Below are positions 58,638 through 64,000 of a DNA stretch of 64,000 nt, in pieces. The stretch is from a bacterium (lineage in GTDB: Bacteria; Moduliflexota; Moduliflexia; Moduliflexales; JAUQPW01): positions 15,858 through 79,857 of the forward strand of contig JAUQPW010000007.1 in assembly GCA_030550175.1 (NCBI GenBank), in the 5' to 3' direction. The stretch's first letter is position 1. The number at the start of each line of letters is the position of its first letter. Both the position numbers and the translations under genes were made by a program. The notes beneath the pieces were generated by a model, which was not told the DNA's origin, searched no databases, and saw nothing but the letters and a program-made list of their open reading frames with translations.

Positions 58638-59222
58638 ATGTATATTAACTGGGCTTTACAGCAAATTAATCTGAAGATCGTTTATTATGGCCCCGGTGTC
58701 AGTGGAAAAACCACTAATTTGCTTTATATTCACTCTAAAGTGGCTCCAGAACTTAAAGGAGAGCTCGTTTCCCTTCAAACCCAAGAAGACCGTACCATCT
58801 TTTTTGACTTCCTCCAACTGGAGGTAGGTAAAATAAAAGGGAAAAAACCAAAATTCAATTTATATACCGTCCCAGGTCAGGTGTACTATGCTTATAGTCG
58901 AAAGGTCATCCTAAACGGAGTGGACGGGGTGGTATTTGTGGCCGATTCTCAATTCGATCGACTGGAAGCCAATCTTGAAACCCTGAACGATCTGGAGAAT
59001 AATTTGAAACAGGATGGACATAAGATGGATGAGTTTCCCTGGGTCATTCAATACAACAAGCGAGATCTCCCCAATGTGGCCCCTATTCCCTACCTGCAAC
59101 TCAAACTGAATAAGTATAACGTTCCCTATTTTGAAGCAGTGGCCAATAAAGGGATCGGAGTTTTTGAAACCCTTAAGGCCGTCATTAACCTGGTAGTGGC
59201 TAACGTCAGGAAAAAACTCTAA
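58638..59222 (+). CDS. mglA: Ras-like small GTPase MglA
   Basis: Near-collinear with M. xanthus MglA: P-loop YYGPGVSGKTTNL, the MglA-specific switch II TVPGQ (Thr in place of Asp), FVADSQ, and the NKRD G4 motif. Confidence 0.9.
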   Translation: MYINWALQQINLKIVYYGPGVSGKTTNLLYIHSKVAPELKGELVSLQTQEDRTIFFDFLQLEVGKIKGKKPKFNLYTVPGQVYYAYSRKVILNGVDGVVFVADSQFDRLEANLETLNDLENNLKQDGHKMDEFPWVIQYNKRDLPNVAPIPYLQLKLNKYNVPYFEAVANKGIGVFETLKAVINLVVANVRKKL

Positions 59223-59602
59223 TGGATCAAGATCTTCCTTCAACTCAAAATCTCATTGAAGAAAAGCTCCAAGAAATCAGTAAAGAAGGCCGTTTTGATC
59301 TGCTGGTTCTATTTAGTGAAGAAGGCCTTCCCATGATTCAAATTCCCTCATCTAAGTACGATAAAGACAATTTTATCGCTCTTTCTACCCTGCTTAACGA
59401 TCTGGCAAAAGTCGCAGAAACGTTAGATTCCTCCCTCAAAGTCGATGAAACTTCTATTACCACACACCATAAATCCAAAATCGTGGGTCGTATTTTTCAT
59501 GTCAACGGAATTCGATTTAATCTGGTTGCCGTTGTCCCACCCGAAGTGGCCTATCGTAAATTTATCAATAAAGCGGTTAAAGCCCTGTCGGCTATTTTAT
59601 AA
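59222..59602 (+). CDS. second Roadblock/LC7-domain protein (MglB/MglC-like paralog) translationally coupled to mglA
   Basis: 126 aa with Roadblock-like alternating hydrophobic pattern (…FDLLVLFSEEGLPMIQ…IVGRIFHVNGIRFNLVAVV…). Its start overlaps the mglA stop (TAATG). Confidence 0.55.
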   Translation: MDQDLPSTQNLIEEKLQEISKEGRFDLLVLFSEEGLPMIQIPSSKYDKDNFIALSTLLNDLAKVAETLDSSLKVDETSITTHHKSKIVGRIFHVNGIRFNLVAVVPPEVAYRKFINKAVKALSAIL

Positions 59603-59606
59603 CTCT

Positions 59607-59951
59607 CTAACCCGGGGGCCATCTCATACCTCTCCCCCCTAAAAGATGGAGATGAAGATGGTAAACTGACTGTCCCCCTTCGGGATTACAATTTATAACC
59701 AATCGGAACCCACGATGATGAACGTTTTTTAAGATCGCAATTTTTTTTGCCACCAGGATCATTCTTCCCATGAGAGTCTCTTCCTGATCTGGAACATCCA
59801 TTAAAGTAGCTATATGCTTTTTGGGAATGATGAGAACATGAACCGGAGCTTTAGGATCGATATCTTCAAAGGCAAAAACCTGATCATCTTCATACACAAC
59901 GGTACTCGGAAGCTCTTTCTTAACAATCTGGCAAAAAATACATCTCCTCAT
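59607..59951 (-). CDS. HIT-family nucleotide-binding protein (HinT-like)
   Basis: 114 aa. C-terminal histidine triad HLHLHLLGG. Confidence 0.8.
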   Translation of the reverse strand: MRRCIFCQIVKKELPSTVVYEDDQVFAFEDIDPKAPVHVLIIPKKHIATLMDVPDQEETLMGRMILVAKKIAILKNVHHRGFRLVINCNPEGGQSVYHLHLHLLGGRGMRWPPG

Positions 59952-60325
59952 GATCCGTAAACCTTCTTTTCATCGAACACCTTCTCCCGAACGATGGTAC
60001 TGGTTTCCAAATCCTTCTCCAATCGCCTGTAAAAACAACTACGATAACCTTCGTGGCACGCACCGACCAATTGTTCCACTTTAATTAACAGACAATCCCC
60101 ATCACAATCCAAAAAAACCTCCCGTACAAATTGATAATGACCGGAAGTTTCTCCTTTTGTCCATAATTTCTTCCGGGATCGGCTCCAAAAATAAACTTTA
60201 CCCGTCTCAAAGGTTTTTTCTAAAGCTGTACGGTTCATATAACCCATCATGAGGACCTCATTATTTTCTGCATCTTGAACAATGGCCGGAATTAAACCAT
60301 TTGAATCAAATCTGAGCGCTGTCAT
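59948..60325 (-). CDS. hisI: phosphoribosyl-AMP cyclohydrolase
   Basis: …IPAIVQD…[10 protein letters not shown]…WSRSR…LW.KGETSG…C.GD..L..V.Q… is the PRA-CH signature, with Cys/Asp metal ligands CDGDC. Start probably at MTALRFD (60325). Confidence 0.82.
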   Translation of the reverse strand: MTALRFDSNGLIPAIVQDAENNEVLMMGYMNRTALEKTFETGKVYFWSRSRKKLWTKGETSGHYQFVREVFLDCDGDCLLIKVEQLVGACHEGYRSCFYRRLEKDLETSTIVREKVFDEKKVYGS

Positions 60326-60380
60326 GGGGTACTCTTTTGGACTATAAAGCCCCAAAGGCACAAAGAAAACCAGATAAAAA

Positions 60381-60419
60381 AGTATGGGAGTGTGGGTGAA
60401 TTTCCCATACTCCCATACT
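60381..60419. repeat. GTATGGGAGT-family hairpin repeat (copy 4)
   Basis: agtatgggagtgtggg tgaattt cccatactcccatact forms a 16-bp stem with one G-U pair. It lies between the secreted-protein gene and hisI. Confidence 0.65.
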
Positions 60420-60534
60420 TTCTTAATATTCTTTATGCCTTTGGGCTAATAGGGCTAAAAAGTTATCCGCGTACAATCTGAGCTCATTATCTATAATCCA
60501 ACAGTCCTTGTCAACGGTTAATTGCGAATTCTTT

Positions 60535-61356
60535 TTAATAATCCCAGGGTCCTCGAGATAAATAGTAGTCGTCCACCACTCTAAAGGTAAATTGGTTAGT
60601 AGCCTCTAGTCGCCTATAGCCGTATCTGGTTTCAGACCATAATTTAACCGTATAGGTTAAAACTCCCGGCGGGGTCTCTCGATCTACGACCAGATCCAAT
60701 TCATAAACTCCTGGAGATCTTTTCCAGGCCTCCACCCGCTTCCACAAATGACCCCAGCTGTTGTAAATTTCGAAGTAATATCGAATCGAAGGTCTGGAAG
60801 AAGCATTGGTTCTAACCGTTATAACCCCACTCCCCCCTTGAGGTATAGACCAGGGAGTTACATAGGCACTGATCCATAAATCATCCGGGTAAGGACGGTT
60901 ATCGCAATCCAGGACCCTAAAACGAACCCGATGGGTATAACCATAACCCGAGTCCCCATCCACATTTATCCAGAGTGATTCGGTGCCCGGAGGACCTTCG
61001 ACCTCAAACATGACATCCATCAAATCCGATAGATAATAAGTACCTGGATTTAATCTCCCACTGTAAAGGGTTCGGGTAACACCTCGGGTATCTCGATTCA
61101 TAAGGTAGATATGCTGGGGATAATCCCCTCGATTGGTTAACCGGATATCTATTCGGTCTTTACCTATGCAAAAAGAAGTTTTCGGATATTTGGTATAGTA
61201 ATCTACGGTTTCTATACTTATTCGGACCCGGGGTTGAGGAACCAGCTTGCGATATTCCGCTCCCCAGGTTTCTCCACTAAAATTCGGTAAATTTCCGATT
61301 CCTGATAAAAGTAGAATGAGAATTAAAAACACTTTATATCCACGAGATGGAAGCAT
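60535..61356 (-). CDS. hypothetical secreted protein
   Basis: 273 aa with an N-terminal signal peptide (MLPSRGYKVFLILILLLSGIG). No family recognised. Confidence 0.4.
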   Translation of the reverse strand: MLPSRGYKVFLILILLLSGIGNLPNFSGETWGAEYRKLVPQPRVRISIETVDYYTKYPKTSFCIGKDRIDIRLTNRGDYPQHIYLMNRDTRGVTRTLYSGRLNPGTYYLSDLMDVMFEVEGPPGTESLWINVDGDSGYGYTHRVRFRVLDCDNRPYPDDLWISAYVTPWSIPQGGSGVITVRTNASSRPSIRYYFEIYNSWGHLWKRVEAWKRSPGVYELDLVVDRETPPGVLTYTVKLWSETRYGYRRLEATNQFTFRVVDDYYLSRGPWDY

Positions 61357-61819
61357 ATTCTTTATCCTCCTTTTTCAATAAGTTGACTCCTCCTTTTTAA
61401 ACAAGTTTAAGAGGTGTAATCATTTTCTATTCAGCAAGATGTGTAGGAGCCTGCCTGGGAGCGCAGGCATCCCGCCTGACCTAATTAGCTATAATTATTT
61501 TAAACAAGATCTATAAGGATTTGGAAATGCAGGCGTCCTGCCTGGTTTGATAATTGTAACTGGTTTTCTACTTAGAAAGATGTAGAAAAGGGTGAAAGGT
61601 TGCAGAATTTTCGATTTGATATGAGAATCGGAAATTAAATCTTAGTTCTGAACTCTCTTGAAATATATCTTGACAAACCCTAAGGGAACGTTCTAATCTT
61701 TCTTAATAGAAAACAAGCGTAAAGGAGTTAAACGCTAAATCAGATTTAGATTTCATAGATCAGCTCTCATTTAACTATCCAAATAATGAGTGGCAGATTC
61801 ATTTAGGAGGAAAAACCTC

Positions 61820-63232
61820 ATGTATCAAAGGATCAAGAATCATAAGATATTTACCCTCATTGTTATCTTCAGTCTAGTCTTTGGGATTAGTCTGACTTCA
61901 AAAGTTCTTGCCACCCAATCTAATGCCTATGAAAAGCTGAAAATACTCAGCGAAGTCTTATACTTAATTCAAACCAATTATGTCGAAGAGGTCAACACGC
62001 AGGACTTGATTTACGGGGCCATCAATGGAATGCTTAAAGTTTTAGATCCCCATAGTTCTTTTATGCCCCCGGATGTTTATCAGGAAATGCAGGTAGAAAC
62101 CAAAGGGAGTTTTGGGGGGTTAGGGATTCAAATCGCCATCAAGGATAACCAATTAACCGTCATTGCACCCATTGAAGATACTCCTGCTTATCGTGCCGGA
62201 ATTGAGGCCGGGGATAAGATCGTTAAAATAGAAGACAAACCGACGAAGGATATGACGTTGATGGATGCGGTGAAAATGCTGCGAGGCCCTAAAGGAACTA
62301 AAGTAACCATCACTATCATGCGGGAAGGATTCGAGAAACCCAAAGATTTCGTTCTAACCCGGGATGTCATCGAGATAAAAAGTGTCAGTTGGAAAGTCTT
62401 GGAAGGAAATATCGGATATATTCGCATAAAACAGTTCCAGGAAAATACGGCCGACGAGCTTGAGACGGCACTGGACAAACTAGAAGAAGCCGGTATCAAA
62501 GCCATGATCCTGGATCTGCGTAATGATCCGGGCGGACTCCTCAATGCAGCGGTAGATGTAGCTGATAAATTCCTGGAGAAAGGTAAATTAATTGTCTATA
62601 CCAAGGGTCGGGCGAAAAATCAGGATATGCGTTTTGTGGCCCGTCAAGGAGCTACCCATCCTTACCATCCCCTGGTAGTCTTGGTTAATCATGGAAGTGC
62701 CAGTGCTTCCGAAATCGTTGCCGGGGCCATTCAGGATCATGGAAGAGGCCTCATTGTAGGAACCAAGACCTTTGGTAAAGGTTCTGTACAGAGCGTTGTA
62801 CCTCTTTCGGATAATTCAGGACTTCGGCTGACTACCGCTAAATACTATACCCCCAATGGACGAACGATCCATGAAAAGGGAATTATCCCCGATGTAATCG
62901 TTGAGCTTCCTAAATCGGGTCAAGATACGGAAGAAGCGGCTCTGGAAGCTTTGTCGAAGGAAAAACCCAAAGAAAAATCCGAATCTTCCGATAAGGGAAA
63001 ATCCCCACAGGCCCCAACTGAAAAGGGCACACAGCCGGAAAGTAAAAATCCATCGGATAGCTCTCAACAGAAAACCGGTGAAGGCAGTGATATGAGTAAA
63101 GAAGGAAAAGAAGAAACGGTTAAAAAAGATCCCCAACTGGAAAAAGATGTTCAATTACAACGGGCTGTGGATATCCTGAAGGGAATCATGATATTCGAAA
63201 AACAAAAACTGATGGAGGCGAAAAAGCCTTAA
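61820..63232 (+). CDS. ctpA: carboxyl-terminal processing protease (S41 family, PDZ-containing)
   Basis: Signal/TM, PDZ region (GGLGIQIAIKDNQLTVIAPIEDTPAYRAGIEAGDKIVKIED), and the S41 catalytic region (…DLRNDPGGLL…, …GSASASEIVAGAIQD…). An RBS (taggagg) lies 7 nt before ATG 61820. There is a C-terminal K/E/S-rich tail. Confidence 0.85.
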   Translation: MYQRIKNHKIFTLIVIFSLVFGISLTSKVLATQSNAYEKLKILSEVLYLIQTNYVEEVNTQDLIYGAINGMLKVLDPHSSFMPPDVYQEMQVETKGSFGGLGIQIAIKDNQLTVIAPIEDTPAYRAGIEAGDKIVKIEDKPTKDMTLMDAVKMLRGPKGTKVTITIMREGFEKPKDFVLTRDVIEIKSVSWKVLEGNIGYIRIKQFQENTADELETALDKLEEAGIKAMILDLRNDPGGLLNAAVDVADKFLEKGKLIVYTKGRAKNQDMRFVARQGATHPYHPLVVLVNHGSASASEIVAGAIQDHGRGLIVGTKTFGKGSVQSVVPLSDNSGLRLTTAKYYTPNGRTIHEKGIIPDVIVELPKSGQDTEEAALEALSKEKPKEKSESSDKGKSPQAPTEKGTQPESKNPSDSSQQKTGEGSDMSKEGKEETVKKDPQLEKDVQLQRAVDILKGIMIFEKQKLMEAKKP

Positions 63233-63531
63233 AAAATAGAGAGGGGACGTGATGGTGGCGAAAAACCGGGTCTTTCCCACGTCCCCTTGTCTCCGTGTTA
63301 CTGCGTCTTTTATCCCTCACGTCCTTAAATTCTTGACTTTTATCTCAAGCGGTACGCTATCCCGTGGAAGGCGAAAAGGAGCAGAATCCAGCTCAACTGG
63401 ATATACCTCAGAATCAGGCAGTTTTAAGATTATCCGGGATTATCCTTTCACTCTTCGCTTTTCTTTTCTCCATAGGCTTATTAGCACGGCCTTTTTTTCC
63501 CGTCCTCAAAGGATTAAAGAACTATATCTCC

Positions 63532-64000
63532 CATGAGATTTTTAAAAATCCCGACTTTGATCGTATGGTCTTTAATCTCGATACGATAGTTAGTAAGGAA
63601 CTTACCGATCTGGGTCTTTCTAAAGATCAGATCCAGGTCCAGATCTCTCAGAATGTCGATACACTCCACCAGGAGTGGACTTCTTACCTCTATGAAATTA
63701 AACTTCCTCCGGAATATAATTTTTCGGATATCCAGCAAAGATTTTATCAGGCGATTCAAAAGGCCCGGGGAAGGTTCTTCGAAGCTTATAAAGGGGATGT
63801 TCCTCAAGAGGTCTTTGTTTTAACCCTTGGCATAGAACAAACCATTACCCATACCCTCCGATTTATAAAACAGACCCTCCCGGATTTGAAAGAATCTCTA
63901 CCACCGGTACTCTCTTTACCTGAAAAACGACCCCAGGTAGCCATCGTGATGGATGATGTGGGCTTCAGTGAAGAAGCAGTTCATAAAATCCTTCAGTTAG
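63532..64000 (+). CDS. possible YibQ-like (divergent polysaccharide deacetylase) gene start, frame-discontinuous, runs off window end
   Basis: One frame encodes …KNPDFDRMVFNLDTIVSKELTDLGLSKDQIQVQ… up to a stop near 63921-63923. The +1 frame then encodes …PEKRPQVAIVMDDVGFSEEAVHKILQL, which has a YibQ-like (iAIviDDlG) motif. This is either a frameshift or a reading error on my part. Confidence 0.2.

Noticed and set aside
4571-60419. The repeated hairpins as a CRISPR array
   Set aside because: Copies are tens of kb apart, palindromic, and are not arranged as regularly spaced direct repeats with spacers. No cas genes are present.
63249-63807. ORFs 63249..63536 (+) and 63514..63807 (-)
   Set aside because: No motifs, Ser/Arg-rich low-complexity sequence, and they overlap each other. 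More likely intergenic/promoter sequence after ctpA.
1-64000. tRNA, rRNA, tmRNA, RNase P or prophage/integrase signals
   Set aside because: Visual scan found no cloverleaf-like T-arm/acceptor patterns, rDNA-like conserved stretches, integrases or phage structural genes.

Overview
This 64-kb window looks like the chromosome of a Gram-negative, probably environmental or candidate-phylum bacterium, at about 47-48% GC. It carries MglA/MglB, PEGA, DUF1501/DUF1800 and type-IV-pilin-like genes. Coding is dense and mostly syntenic within operons. I found no rRNA, tRNA, CRISPR array, prophage or complete IS element by eye.

Left third (1-12,060, minus strand): a long conserved regulatory/envelope locus, lptC-lptA(long)-lptB-rpoN-hpf-ptsN-hprK. 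It is followed by a complete mannose-family PTS permease (IIA, IIB, IIC, IID), then ptsH and ptsI. A HIT hydrolase and a PLP-dependent Cys/Met-metabolism enzyme complete this part.

Middle (12.3-29.5 kb): a decayed PA14-domain gene relic containing a 74-bp tandem duplication; a class-III aminotransferase; a TauD dioxygenase; an M20 peptidase; a TusA / PP-loop thiolase / cysteine-desulfurase sulfur-relay trio; a GH5-like hydrolase; a family-5 solute-binding protein; an alpha/beta hydrolase; and a DUF1800/DUF1501 pair.

The most unusual region is a roughly 13-kb minus-strand operon (29.5-42.7 kb). It encodes a LarA-like protein, a fold-II PLP enzyme with a zinc ribbon, two acyl/peptidyl carrier proteins, two AMP-forming ligases, an AlgI/DltB-type MBOAT, two AsnB-family glutamine amidotransferases, a Cys-free polytopic membrane protein, and a candidate sigma-54 promoter. 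Divergently transcribed from it are two prepilin-type genes, an Sfp-type phosphopantetheinyl transferase, and a two-domain glutaredoxin-like protein-disulfide oxidoreductase (Pyrococcus PDO type). In that oxidoreductase the first Cys of the second CPYC motif is replaced by an in-frame TGA, making it a candidate selenoprotein (UPYC). A third AsnB paralog follows, co-operonic with a BamD-like TPR lipoprotein and a PEGA-repeat protein.

Right end (51.6-64 kb): ftsE with no adjacent ftsX, rsmI, an aspartate aminotransferase, a DnaC/IstB-like ATPase, and a DUF4388 / HAMP / mglB / mglA / Roadblock polarity-GTPase operon. It ends with HinT, hisI, a secreted protein, ctpA, and a frame-broken partial ORF that may be YibQ-like.

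A family of GTATGGGAGT(A/G)TGGG hairpin repeats sits in four short intergenic spacers. Several other structured intergenic regions are also noted.
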